From the NCBI GenBank assembly GCA_031265875.1, contig JAISCA010000004.1, positions 6,031 to 70,030 of the forward strand: a stretch of DNA of 64,000 nucleotides. The letters are read 5' to 3'. The translations under genes and the position numbers were made by a program. Source of the stretch: Propionibacteriaceae bacterium (GTDB lineage Bacteria; Actinomycetota; Actinomycetes; Propionibacteriales; Propionibacteriaceae). The notes under the pieces are model-generated. The model had not been told where the DNA came from. It did no database searches and saw only the letters and a list, made by a program, of their open reading frames with translations. How positions within the stretch are numbered: position 1 is the stretch's first letter; the number at the start of each line of letters is the position of its first letter. Positions 8,530 through 18,026 of this stretch are shown here, piece after piece.

Positions 8530-9446
8530 CCGCTCAGGCCGAGACCCGGACCGCCCCGGCGCCCGTCCCACGGCGCCGGGGCTGGTCCCGCCTGCATCTG
8601 GCCGGTCTGGCCATGGCGGCCCCGGCCACGATCTTCATCCTCGTCTTCAGCCTCATCCCGGTGGTCTACGGCCTCTATCTCAGCCTGACCAGGTACAACC
8701 CGCTGCGCCGGGGCGGACCGGAGTGGATCGGCCTGAGCAACTACGCCAGCCTGGCCGACTCGCCCCAGTTCTGGCGCGCTCTGGGCGTGACCGGCCTGTT
8801 CGTCTTGATGGTGCTGCCACCGACGGTGCTGATCGCGACCGGGTTGGCCGTCTTGGTCAACGTCCGTGTGCCCGGCATCGGGGCCATCCGGTCGGCTCTG
8901 TACATCCCCAACATCATCTCGCTGACGGCGGTTTCGATGATCTGGCTGTGGATGTACTCCCAGCACGGCTTGTTCAATCAGATCTTCGCCTGGTTCGGCC
9001 TGCCCGAGCAGGCCCTGTTGTACGACGAGCGCACCGCCTTGGCCGCCGCCGCCGTCATGCGGGTGTGGAAGGCGCTGGGCTCGAACATGGTCCTGCTCTT
9101 AGCCGGCCTGCAGTCGATCCCGAACGAGTTGTACGAGGCCGCCCGGGTGGACGGGGCGGGCAAGGCGGCCCAGTTCCGCCATGTCACCGTACCGGGGCTG
9201 CGCCCCATGTTGGTCTTCGTCATCGCCATGGACATCATCTATCTGTCTCAGAGCTTCGCCGAGATCTACGTCCTGACCCAAGGCGGGCCCCTGGCCTCGA
9301 CCACCACCGTCAACTATCTGATTTACACCACCGCCTTCCAGTACAACCAGTTCGGCCTGTCCTCGGCCATGGCCTTCGTCTTGTTCGCCTTCGTGGCCGG
9401 CCTGTCCGTCATCACCATGCGCAACCGGACCGGAGACCGCCCATGA
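8526..9446 (+). CDS. ABC sugar transporter permease (MalF/UgpA-like)
   Basis: 306 aa multi-TM protein with an EAA-type loop YEAARVDGAGKAAQFRHVTVPGLRP. ATGA overlaps on both sides. Confidence 0.88.
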   Translation: MTAQAETRTAPAPVPRRRGWSRLHLAGLAMAAPATIFILVFSLIPVVYGLYLSLTRYNPLRRGGPEWIGLSNYASLADSPQFWRALGVTGLFVLMVLPPTVLIATGLAVLVNVRVPGIGAIRSALYIPNIISLTAVSMIWLWMYSQHGLFNQIFAWFGLPEQALLYDERTALAAAAVMRVWKALGSNMVLLLAGLQSIPNELYEAARVDGAGKAAQFRHVTVPGLRPMLVFVIAMDIIYLSQSFAEIYVLTQGGPLASTTTVNYLIYTTAFQYNQFGLSSAMAFVLFAFVAGLSVITMRNRTGDRP

Positions 9447-10378
9447 ACACCGCCCCCGGCCGTTCCGAACTCCCCCTCGATTCGAGGCCGGGTCCGAGCC
9501 GTCGGGCCAGCTTGAAGTCCCGCCGCCAGCGCTCCTTGGCCTTTCGCCTGGCCTTCGCCGTCGTCGTCACGATCTTGGTCCTGGTGCCCTTCGCCTGGAT
9601 GATCTCCATCGCTTTCACCCCGGCCGAGCAGGCCTTCGGCTCGATCTCGCTGCTGCCCGAACAGCCGACTTGGCGTAACTTCTGGATCGCCCTGACCGAG
9701 GTCGACCTGTCCCGGGCCTTGCTCAACTCCGGCGTCGTGGCCGCCCTAGCCGTTATTGTCAATCTTGTCTTGACTCCAATGACCGGTTACGCCTTCTGCC
9801 GGCTACGCTTCCCCGGCAGCCAGTTCGTTTTCCTCGGCATCATTGCCACCACCGCCATCCCGATCGCCGTCACCTTGATCCCGCTCTTTCTGATGGTCAA
9901 GGGCATCCCCTGGGCCGGCGGCAACGACCTCTTCGGCCACGGTGGCACCGGCCTGCTCAACACCTTGTTGGGTGTCTCGATCCCGCATCTGGTCGGGGCC
10001 ATGAACATCTTCCTGTCCTACCAGTACTACTCGACCATGCCGGGCGAATTGGCCGAGGCGGCCCGGATGGACGGGGCCGGCGAGTGGGTCATCTTCTGGC
10101 GGGTCTACCTACCTCTGAGCAAACCCTTATTGGCAGTGGTGGCGATCTTCTCCTTCACCGGCACCTGGGACGATTTCCTCTGGCCCCTGGTCACCACCAC
10201 CTCGCGCGACGTGTACACCGTCCAGTTGGCCTTGGTCCAGTTCAACGCCGAGGGCAACGTCCAGTACGGGGCCCTGATGGCCGGGGCCATCTTGATCTCC
10301 TTGCCGGTGGTGGCGGTCTTCCTGTTCAATCAGCGCTCCTTCATCGCCGGCCTGGCCGACGGCGGCGTCAAGGGCTGA
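9443..10378 (+). CDS. ABC sugar transporter permease (MalG/UgpE-like)
   Basis: Starts MNTAPGRSELPL at ATG 9443, so the 551-aa track ORF is trimmed. EAA loop is AEAARMDGAGEWVIFWRVYLPLSKP. Confidence 0.88.
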   Translation: MNTAPGRSELPLDSRPGPSRRASLKSRRQRSLAFRLAFAVVVTILVLVPFAWMISIAFTPAEQAFGSISLLPEQPTWRNFWIALTEVDLSRALLNSGVVAALAVIVNLVLTPMTGYAFCRLRFPGSQFVFLGIIATTAIPIAVTLIPLFLMVKGIPWAGGNDLFGHGGTGLLNTLLGVSIPHLVGAMNIFLSYQYYSTMPGELAEAARMDGAGEWVIFWRVYLPLSKPLLAVVAIFSFTGTWDDFLWPLVTTTSRDVYTVQLALVQFNAEGNVQYGALMAGAILISLPVVAVFLFNQRSFIAGLADGGVKG

Positions 10379-10514
10379 GCCGGCCATCGCCTGAAGGCCG
10401 TTCGACGACCCGGCGGCGGGCCACCCGCCAACCGGGCGCGCCCACCGAAAGGACCCAGCCGACCGCTGGGCCGACAGATCATCCACACCAGAACTGAAGA
10501 TCACGGAGCCAACC

Positions 10515-11825
10515 ATGACCATCGACCGGCCGGACCCGGCCAGCGCTCTCTCGACCACCTCGACCACATCGTCTTCCTCGACCGCTTCGCCCACTTCGCC
10601 CGCTTCGGCCCCCTCGGCCCCGCTGACGGCCCAGTTCCCGGCCGACTTCCTCTGGGGCACGGCCACGGCCGCCCATCAGGTCGAGGGCGGCAATGTCGGC
10701 TCCGACTGGTGGCGGCGCGAACACCGGGCGGACACCGACCTGACCGAACCCAGCGGCGACGCCGCCGACTCGTACCACCGCTGGCCGGAAGACCTCGACC
10801 TGGTGCGCGCGGCCGGCCTCCAGGTCTACCGCTTCTCCGTCGAGTGGGCCCGCGTCCAACCGGAGCCGGACTTCGTCTCCCGGGCCCAGTTGGACCACTA
10901 CCGGCGTCTGATCGACGGCTGCCTAGAACGCGGTCTGACCCCCATGGTGACCCTGCACCACACCACTAACCCGCTCTGGTTCGCCCGCTCGGGCGGCTGG
11001 GCCCAGGACCAGGCCCCGGACCGCTTCGCCCGTTACGTGGAGGCGGTGCGGCCGATCCTGAGCGCCGGCGTGGAGTGGGTCTGCACCATCAACGAGCCCA
11101 ACATGGTGGCCACCCACTGCGACTGGGCGGCGGCCGAGATGCGACAGGTCAAACGCCCGGCCCCCGACCCGGTCGCCTCCCAACACCTGATCGAGGCCCA
11201 TCTCAGAGCGCGCCAGATCCTGTCCGGGATCGACGGCCTGCGTAGTGGTTGGACCATCGGAGCGCAGGACTTCGAGGCTCTGCCGGGAGCGGAGGCGGTG
11301 GCCCGTGCCTTCGGCCACCCCCGGGAGGACTGCTTCATCGAGGCGGCCCGCCAGGACGACTTCATCGGGGTGCAGAACTACTCCCGCAATCTGATCGGCC
11401 CGACCGGACCCGTGCCTCTGCCCCCAGAGGTCGAGACCAACCTGCTGGGCTGGGAGTACTACCCCGCCTCCTTGGGTCGGGCCGTCCAGCACGTCTGGCG
11501 GGTCGGCGGCGGCCGGCCCGTCTTCGTGACCGAGAACGGCTTCGCCACCCGCCAGGACGCCCGCCGGATCGACCACACGGCGGCGGCCTTGGTCTCCTTG
11601 GGCCAGGCCATGGCCAGCGGAGTGGAGGTGCTGGGTTATCTCTACTGGTCCTTGTTGGACAACTACGAGTGGGGCAGTTATGAGCCCACCTTCGGCCTGG
11701 TGGCCTGGGACCGGACGACTTTCGAGCGCCGGCCCAAACCGTCGCTGGCCTGGTTGGCCCAGGTGTCGCGGACCGGCCGGGTGGCCTTGGACGCCGCCGG
11801 ACACGCCCTCGACCGTCCGGCCTGA
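10515..11825 (+). CDS. GH1 beta-glucosidase with a Ser/Thr/Pro-rich N-terminal extension
   Basis: 436 aa. FLWGTATAAHQVEGG, the acid/base motif TINEPN and the nucleophile motif FVTENGFA are present. Confidence 0.9.
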   Translation: MTIDRPDPASALSTTSTTSSSSTASPTSPASAPSAPLTAQFPADFLWGTATAAHQVEGGNVGSDWWRREHRADTDLTEPSGDAADSYHRWPEDLDLVRAAGLQVYRFSVEWARVQPEPDFVSRAQLDHYRRLIDGCLERGLTPMVTLHHTTNPLWFARSGGWAQDQAPDRFARYVEAVRPILSAGVEWVCTINEPNMVATHCDWAAAEMRQVKRPAPDPVASQHLIEAHLRARQILSGIDGLRSGWTIGAQDFEALPGAEAVARAFGHPREDCFIEAARQDDFIGVQNYSRNLIGPTGPVPLPPEVETNLLGWEYYPASLGRAVQHVWRVGGGRPVFVTENGFATRQDARRIDHTAAALVSLGQAMASGVEVLGYLYWSLLDNYEWGSYEPTFGLVAWDRTTFERRPKPSLAWLAQVSRTGRVALDAAGHALDRPA

Positions 11826-11947
11826 GCCGTCGCTGGAGGAGCCGTCCGATGTCGCTCCGCAGGAATGTGTACTCTTCGATAGACGGGCGCCGCGCCCGAG
11901 CCAAGGGCGCGGGTCGGCCTGAGGCAGGCAGAGGAGGCCAGGCGCGG

Positions 11948-12967
11948 ATGGGCACAGGGGCTGGGCGAGGCCCGACGGCTAGGCGACGGCCGACCCAGGC
12001 CGACGTGGCCCGGCGGGCCGGCGTCTCCCCCAGTATCGTCTCTTCGGTCTTGAACGGGCGTCAGTACGGCAATATCCGCATCTCGCAGAGCACCCGGGAA
12101 CGGGTCCAGGCCGCCATCCGAGAGCTGGGCTACGCCCCCAATCTGGCCGCCCGGGGCCTGGCCGGCGGGGCCAACAAGCTGCTCGGCGTCTTCACCTTCC
12201 AGCGCCTCTTCCCGACCTCGCAGGACGATTTCTTCTACGAGTTCCTGGTCGGCATCGAGGAGGAGGCCGAGGAGACCGGCTTCAATCTGCTGCTGTTGAC
12301 GGCGGCTAAGGACGCCCAGGGCCGGCGCTCGTTGTATCCCCAGGGCACCAACGGTATGCAATTGGCCGACGGTGGCGTCCTGATCGGCTGGGACGAACGC
12401 CCCGATGAGATCCGACGGCTGTCCGAGGAGGGTTTTCCCTTCGTCTTCCTGGGCCGGCGTGACTACCCCGGCTTGGAACTGTCCTACGTGGCGGCCGATT
12501 ACGCCGGCGCCACGGCCGATCTGACCGGCCGGGTCTTGGCCGCCGGCCGCAGCCCGGCTCTGGTCGACACCGTCGGCCACGTCGAGCCGGCCCCCGGCCG
12601 CCTGGTCGGCTACCGCCAGGCCATGGCCCAGGCCGGCCGTCCGGAGCGCGTCCTGACGGTGGCCCAAACGGCTGAGGCGCCTGAGCTGTCTGAATTGTTG
12701 GAGCAGGTCCGGCAGGCCCAGATCGACACCCTGCTAGTGGAGAACGCCCGCTTGGCCGAGGTCCTGGAGGAGGCCGCCGGCCGGTCCGGCGTCGAAATCC
12801 TGTGCCTGGGCGGCGCCCCCGACCCAGAACAGGAGCGGGGCCGGCGCGGCCTGCGCATCCCCCGCCGCCAGATGGGCCGGGAGGCCGTCCGTCTGCTCAC
12901 CCGTCTGCTGACCGAGGCCGGGTCCGCCCCCCTCCGCACCACTCTGCCCTGCGAAATCACCTACTGA
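11948..12967 (+). CDS. LacI-family transcriptional regulator
   Basis: HTH TQADVARRAGVSPSIVSSVLNG...YAPNLAARGLAGG. GAGGAGG lies 10 nt before ATG 11948. The track ORF start at 11849 is possible but adds an Arg/Gly-rich leader. Confidence 0.85.
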   Translation: MGTGAGRGPTARRRPTQADVARRAGVSPSIVSSVLNGRQYGNIRISQSTRERVQAAIRELGYAPNLAARGLAGGANKLLGVFTFQRLFPTSQDDFFYEFLVGIEEEAEETGFNLLLLTAAKDAQGRRSLYPQGTNGMQLADGGVLIGWDERPDEIRRLSEEGFPFVFLGRRDYPGLELSYVAADYAGATADLTGRVLAAGRSPALVDTVGHVEPAPGRLVGYRQAMAQAGRPERVLTVAQTAEAPELSELLEQVRQAQIDTLLVENARLAEVLEEAAGRSGVEILCLGGAPDPEQERGRRGLRIPRRQMGREAVRLLTRLLTEAGSAPLRTTLPCEITY

Positions 12968-13067
12968 CCCCCTCCCCTCCCCCCGCTCCGCCGCCCCATC
13001 CCCCGCTCGCGGGTGGCCCAGTCACGCGACCGGGAGGTTACGACCCCCACTACGGCGTGTCGACGTA

Positions 13068-13122
13068 CCTAAGCCGTCGTTCGGCGGAAGTGGCTTAGGC
13101 GAGCGAGCGCTTCCAGCGCTCG
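13068..13122 (+). terminator. two consecutive hairpins downstream of the LacI gene (candidate terminator)
   Basis: CCTAAGCC-N16-GGCTTAGG at 13068-13099, then CGAGCGC-TTCCA-GCGCTCG at 13104-13122 followed by TT. Confidence 0.4.
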
Positions 13123-13150
13123 TTGGGGTCGGATTGAATTCGTCGGCTTT

Positions 13151-13186
13151 TGATATTGCGCATTACCTGATGCGCTACTATCATCG
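13151..13186 (+). promoter_or_regulatory. conserved promoter/operator block, copy 2 (GCGCATTA-CC-TGATGCGC at 13158-13175, TATCAT at 13179-13184)
   Basis: 32/36 identical to 5307-5342. It lies 20 nt upstream of ATG 13207, which has an AAGGAGG SD. Confidence 0.6.
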
Positions 13187-13206
13187 GTCGGCAAGGAGGC
13201 CAGACA

Positions 13207-14241
13207 ATGGCGCGACCAACCACTTCGGCACTTTCGACAGCGCGGCCCCAGCGCGGCCCGCTCTGGGGCTTACCCCTGGCCCTGGGGGCGATCATGGGCT
13301 TGGCCGGTTGCGCCGCCGCTCCGGCGACCGCTCCAGCCCCACCGGCCCCGCTGAACCAGACCACCGGGGTCGCGCCGGCCACCGACTGGCTGACGGATGG
13401 CACGGTCGTGGCCACGGTCTCAGGCCATCCCCTGACCGGCCCCGAATTGGCCCAGGTGGCCGATCTGATGAGCCTCGACCAAGCTCCCGGCCAAACCGAT
13501 CAGCTGATCCGAGCCGGGGTCCGGATCAAGGCCATCCAACTGGAGGCCTGGCGGCGGGGCCTGATCGCCAGCGTCGACTTCACCGATCTGGTGGCCGAGC
13601 TGGAACTGGTCAATCAGAGCCACCGGGACACCGCCCAAGCCGGCGGCGTGGTCTACGGCGTCTCCCGCTTCGACCTGGCCACCCACTTCGCCCGCAGCGT
13701 CAGCGCCGCTCGGACGGCGCTCTGGAACGACCTGGCCGCCAACGGCCAGCTGGAGCCCAGTCCGGCCCAGCTGACCGCTCTCTACCAGCGCCAATTCGAC
13801 CAGGTGGCGGCCCAGCCGGACTCGATCAGCCTCGATCTGATCCGACTGCCGGCCACGGCCGCCGGCCTGGCGGCGGCCCAAGCCCTGCTGGAGGATCTGG
13901 CCGCCGGAGTCACCGTCGAGCAGGCGCTGGCGGCCCAGCCTGGCCTGGTCTGGGAGGCGACCGTCTTAGAGGTGACGCCCGAGTCGGCCTACGAACTGGC
14001 CAAGTACCGGCCCGCCCTGCACAGCGCCGCCACGGCCCTGCGACCGGGCCAGGTGACCAGCCTGAGCGACGACCTGGCCGGCGGTCTGATCTTGCTGCGC
14101 TGCCGCCACCGCCAATCCAACCCGCCTCTGCCCCTGGCCCAGGTGATCGATCAAGTGCGCGGCCTGGCCCAAGACGAACTCTTCGAGCGCCTGATCGACG
14201 AGCTGGTGGCGGCCAGCCCGGTCGTCCGTTTCGACCGTTGA
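13207..14241 (+). CDS. secreted lipoprotein with weak PrsA/SurA-like (degenerate parvulin-type foldase) resemblance
   Basis: 344 aa. Lipobox GLAGCAAAP. The C-terminal segment LRPGQVTSLSDDLAGGLILLRCRHRQ resembles the end of PpiC-type domains. Functional assignment is tentative. Confidence 0.55.
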   Translation: MARPTTSALSTARPQRGPLWGLPLALGAIMGLAGCAAAPATAPAPPAPLNQTTGVAPATDWLTDGTVVATVSGHPLTGPELAQVADLMSLDQAPGQTDQLIRAGVRIKAIQLEAWRRGLIASVDFTDLVAELELVNQSHRDTAQAGGVVYGVSRFDLATHFARSVSAARTALWNDLAANGQLEPSPAQLTALYQRQFDQVAAQPDSISLDLIRLPATAAGLAAAQALLEDLAAGVTVEQALAAQPGLVWEATVLEVTPESAYELAKYRPALHSAATALRPGQVTSLSDDLAGGLILLRCRHRQSNPPLPLAQVIDQVRGLAQDELFERLIDELVAASPVVRFDR

Positions 14242-14410
14242 CCTAGACCGCACCATCCACCATCCACCGCCCATCGCCGATCTCCGGACCCGCTGGCTCC
14301 GGACCCAACGACCGCAGACCCGCCTAACTGACGACACCGAACCGACGACCGTACGACCCATGACCTGACCCACCGGCCGGATGGCCGGTCCGACCGAGAG
14401 GAATCCACCG

Positions 14411-17194
14411 ATGCCGCACCGACGCCGCAGCCGGCTGGGCTGGGGGCTGGCGCCCCTGGCCGCCGTCCTATTGACCGCTCTCCTGCCCACCGCCCCGGCC
14501 GCCGCCGACCCGGTGGCCCCGCCACCCGATCTGATGCTCAACGGCGGCTTCGAGACTGGCTCGGTCAGTCCCTGGACGCAGTGGCCGAACAATGTCACCG
14601 CCGTCCCGGCCAGCCCCGAGCGGGGCGATCCGGCAACTGGCGACCACTTCGCCGACTTCCCGCCGGCCTCGAACCTGAGCCAGACCGTCACAGGACTCAA
14701 ACCGGGCCAGCGCTACGTCGTCTTGGCCCAACTGCGCCAAGACCTAGATGTGACCGATTTCTTCCTCGTCCTGCGTTACTACGACGGCGCCCATGCCGGC
14801 GTGGTCGAGGCGGACAAGGTCTACGCCACCGGCTCGCAGTGGACCCAGGTCCAGATCCCCTTCCAGGTCGGGGTCGGTTACAGCCAGGTCGGCGTCTTGG
14901 CCCAGAACCTCGGCGGCGCCGGCCACGCCTACCTGGACGACGTCCGCCTGTATGAGTTGTCCGCCGCCCGTTCGGCCGTGGCCGACCGGCTGCCCCAAGC
15001 CCGGGCCGTGACCGAGGACCAGGGCACGCCCGAACAGTGGCAGGCCCTGCAGACCGCCATCGCCTGGGCCGAAGCCAGCTACCTCGACTTCGCCTTGGAC
15101 GAGGCCGCCGTCGCGACCGCCGACGCCGAGCTGGAACTGGCTTGGGGACCCTACGCCCCGCCGCCGCCCGAGCCCCCACCGGTGGTCGAAGGCGTGGTCT
15201 CACCGGGCCACACCACCTACTACGTCTCCAACCAAGGCGACGACGAGGCCGACGGTCTCAGCCCCCAGACCGCCTGGCGCAGCCTGGCCCAGCTCAACGC
15301 CTCCACCTTCGCCGCCGGCGACTCCATCCTGCTCCGGGCCGGCGACTCCTGGCAGGGCCTCACCCTGCGCCCCCAGGGCAGCGGTTCGGCCGAAGCCCCC
15401 ATCACCTTGGGCAAGTACGGCGACCCGGCCGCCCGGCCCTATCTCAACTCCGGCGACGACGCCATCACGATGGACATCTTCGACCTGGTCAAGGGGGACG
15501 ATCCGGGGCTGATCGAAGCGACCAAGACCTTCTACGCCAGCGTCCTGTTGCTCAACCAAGAGCACTGGGTCATCCGCGACCTGGAACTGGCCAACCACGC
15601 CCCGGGCTTCGCCGACGCCAACGGCGACGGCAAATTACGTAACGGCATCATGATCCTGAACGACAACGCCGGCACTCTGCGTGACATCGACGTGATCGAC
15701 AACTACATCCACGATGTGCTGGGCTCGCGTTCGGAGAAGACCTACTGGGGCGGGGCCGGCGTCATCTACACCGTCATGTTGCGCGATGAGGCGGCCCTGG
15801 CCGGCTCCAACTACGACGACATCTTGATCGAAGGCAACTACGTCCGGCGCACCAACCGGCAGGGCATCGTCGTCAACTCGCGCCAGAACCTGCGCCTGGA
15901 CATGGACCACACCGGCGAGTTGGAGGCCGCCGTGGCCGAGGGTCTGTCGCCTTGGTTCCCCAGCACCGGGGTCGTGATCCGGGACAACTACGTCAAGGAT
16001 TGCGCCGGCGACGGCATCTTGCCCCAGGTCACCGAGGCCGCCTTGGTCGAGCGCAACACGGTCGACGGCTTCAACCTGCGCAGCGGTGGGGCCAGCGCCG
16101 GCATCTGGGCTTGGAACGCCGACCACACCCTGTTCCAGTACAACGAGGCCTTCGGCGGCCACACCACCCAGGACGGCCAAGGCTACGACGTCGACTACGG
16201 CCAGACCGGCACGATCTACCAATACAACTACTCGCACGACAACGACGGCGGGTTCATGTTGATCTGCTCGCCCGGCCAGGGCAGCGACCCCGCGGCCGCC
16301 GGCCATGGCGTCAGGACCCAGGACGCCATCATCCGCTACAACGTCTCCCAGAACGACCGGGCCCGGGTCTTCATGTTCTCCGGCTACTCCGACGGGTCCT
16401 TGATCTACAACAACACGATCTACCAAGGCCCCGGAGTCAACGCCAGCCCGGTCAACTTCTGGGCTTGGAACAAAACCTACCCAACCTCGGCCGAGTTCTA
16501 CAACAACATTTTCTATCTTGAGTCGGCCGGGGCTTGGAATTACACCGATCAAGGCTTGACCATGCAGGGGCTCGTCTTCGACCACAACACCATCTACGGC
16601 CAACACACGGCCGGCGAACCGGCCGACCCGCACAAGTCGACGGCCGACCCCAAGCTGGTCGATCCGGGCAGTGGGGCCACCAACACGACGGTGGGCGGCC
16701 CTTACGTCGCCCCCGATCTGGACGGCTACCGCCTAGCCGACGACTCGCCCGCCATCGCCTCCGGTCGAGTGGTCGAGACCAGCGCCGGCCTGCCCGGCGG
16801 CCGCACCGGCGGCAACGCCGGACAGGATCTGTGGGGCGCCCCGGCGCCGGCCGACGCCGTGCCCAACCGGGGAGCGGACAACCACCAGCCGAGCGACCCA
16901 GCGCCATTGTCGTACACCGTCTCGGCCCAGGTCCGTTGCCTGGCTGGCAAGGCCTATCTGGCGGTGACGCTGTCCAACACCGACCAGACGGACTTGGCCC
17001 TGACCATGCAGACCGCCTACGGCGCCTGGATCTTCCCGACGGTGGCGGCCGGCAAATACGCCTACCACTCCTTCAGCAGCCAGGCCAGCGCCATCCCGGC
17101 CGGACAAGTCAACCTGGGCCTCGAAGCCACGATCTCAGGCCAGCCGGTCAGCCAGAACCAGGCCGTGCCCTACGCCGCCGCCGTCTGCGCCTGA
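14411..17194 (+). CDS. large secreted protein: CBM4/9-like module, linker, right-handed parallel beta-helix, Cys-bounded C-terminal domain
   Basis: Signal peptide MPHRRRSRLGWGLAPLAAVLLTALLPTAPAAA, with GAGAGGA before ATG 14411. LNGGFETGSVSPW...AYLDDVRLYE is CBM-like. HTTYYVSNQGDDEADGLSPQTAWRSL...GDSILLRAGDSW is the N-cap typical of beta-helix enzymes. Asn/Gly-rich repeats follow. Confidence 0.75.
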   Translation: MPHRRRSRLGWGLAPLAAVLLTALLPTAPAAADPVAPPPDLMLNGGFETGSVSPWTQWPNNVTAVPASPERGDPATGDHFADFPPASNLSQTVTGLKPGQRYVVLAQLRQDLDVTDFFLVLRYYDGAHAGVVEADKVYATGSQWTQVQIPFQVGVGYSQVGVLAQNLGGAGHAYLDDVRLYELSAARSAVADRLPQARAVTEDQGTPEQWQALQTAIAWAEASYLDFALDEAAVATADAELELAWGPYAPPPPEPPPVVEGVVSPGHTTYYVSNQGDDEADGLSPQTAWRSLAQLNASTFAAGDSILLRAGDSWQGLTLRPQGSGSAEAPITLGKYGDPAARPYLNSGDDAITMDIFDLVKGDDPGLIEATKTFYASVLLLNQEHWVIRDLELANHAPGFADANGDGKLRNGIMILNDNAGTLRDIDVIDNYIHDVLGSRSEKTYWGGAGVIYTVMLRDEAALAGSNYDDILIEGNYVRRTNRQGIVVNSRQNLRLDMDHTGELEAAVAEGLSPWFPSTGVVIRDNYVKDCAGDGILPQVTEAALVERNTVDGFNLRSGGASAGIWAWNADHTLFQYNEAFGGHTTQDGQGYDVDYGQTGTIYQYNYSHDNDGGFMLICSPGQGSDPAAAGHGVRTQDAIIRYNVSQNDRARVFMFSGYSDGSLIYNNTIYQGPGVNASPVNFWAWNKTYPTSAEFYNNIFYLESAGAWNYTDQGLTMQGLVFDHNTIYGQHTAGEPADPHKSTADPKLVDPGSGATNTTVGGPYVAPDLDGYRLADDSPAIASGRVVETSAGLPGGRTGGNAGQDLWGAPAPADAVPNRGADNHQPSDPAPLSYTVSAQVRCLAGKAYLAVTLSNTDQTDLALTMQTAYGAWIFPTVAAGKYAYHSFSSQASAIPAGQVNLGLEATISGQPVSQNQAVPYAAAVCA

Positions 17195-17250
17195 CCGATC
17201 TAGCGCCACCACGTCACATCAGACATAGCCACCACAGAAAGGAATCCGCT

Positions 17251-17880
17251 ATGAGAATCAAACCCAACCTGCTGCGGGGGGCCGCCGTCGGCTTCACCAC
17301 CGCCCTGCTGGCCAGCGCCGGCTTGGCCCTGGCCCAGGCCGACCCCGCCACCGACGGCAGCGTCGCCATCAGCGTCGAGATCGCAGAGACGACCGAGCCG
17401 GGTTATCTGGCCTTGAGCCTGGCCGGAAGCACGGTCGCCTTGACCGAGACGACCAGCGCCGATCCGACCCAACGCCAGTTCAGCGGTGTCCTGCCCGCCG
17501 TCACGGTGACCGACACCAGGTCCGAGGCCGACATCAGCGCCAGCGCCGCTTGGTACGTGGTGGGCCAGGTCGGCGCCTTCGCCGACGGCGCCAACACCAT
17601 CGCGGCCGACCAACTGGGCTGGACTCCGGCCTTGGCCGACGGCTACGACGACGCCGACGGCCTAGTCGCCCCCGGCGACCCGGTCGGCACCGCCCTTGAC
17701 GATCCGGCCGGGGCCGGCCTGGCCAGCTCCCAGTTGCTCTTCTCGACTGGCGACTCGGCCTTGGCCTTGGCCAGCGGGCAAACCCAGTGGTCCGCCAACG
17801 CCGGTTTGGTCTTACGTACCGCCGACACGGTGACGGCGGGCGACTACGCGGCCACCTTGACTCTGTCCCTCTTCGAGTAG
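17251..17880 (+). CDS. WxL-domain-like secreted surface protein
   Basis: 209 aa. Signal peptide ...AGLALAQA. TVTDTRSEADISASAAWYVVG and the C-terminal GDYAATLTLSLFE resemble WxL-domain architecture. A DUF916-like gene lies adjacent. Confidence 0.55.
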   Translation: MRIKPNLLRGAAVGFTTALLASAGLALAQADPATDGSVAISVEIAETTEPGYLALSLAGSTVALTETTSADPTQRQFSGVLPAVTVTDTRSEADISASAAWYVVGQVGAFADGANTIAADQLGWTPALADGYDDADGLVAPGDPVGTALDDPAGAGLASSQLLFSTGDSALALASGQTQWSANAGLVLRTADTVTAGDYAATLTLSLFE

Positions 17881-17907
17881 GCCGCAGTCGAGTGATCCGG
17901 CCTTGGG

Positions 17908-17933
17908 CCGGGACCGTCTGAGAGCGGTCCCGG
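17908..17933 (+). terminator. candidate hairpin terminator/attenuator
   Basis: CCGGGACCG-N8-CGGTCCCGG (9-bp perfect stem), 28 nt after stop 17880. No U-tract. Confidence 0.35.
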
Positions 17934-18026
17934 CTCAAGGCGCCTCTCAACCGACCGGCCCCGCGACCGGTCCCGGCCGGTGGCCGAGCCGCACCCGCCC
18001 CAGATTCGACGCTCTCAGGAGGCCTC

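Noticed and set aside
8723-10378. 551-aa ORF that looks like a fused double permease
   Set aside because: The first ~240 codons are an alternative frame of the upstream permease gene and give Arg/Pro-rich nonsense. The real gene starts at ATG 9443, which forms an ATGA overlap with the upstream stop.
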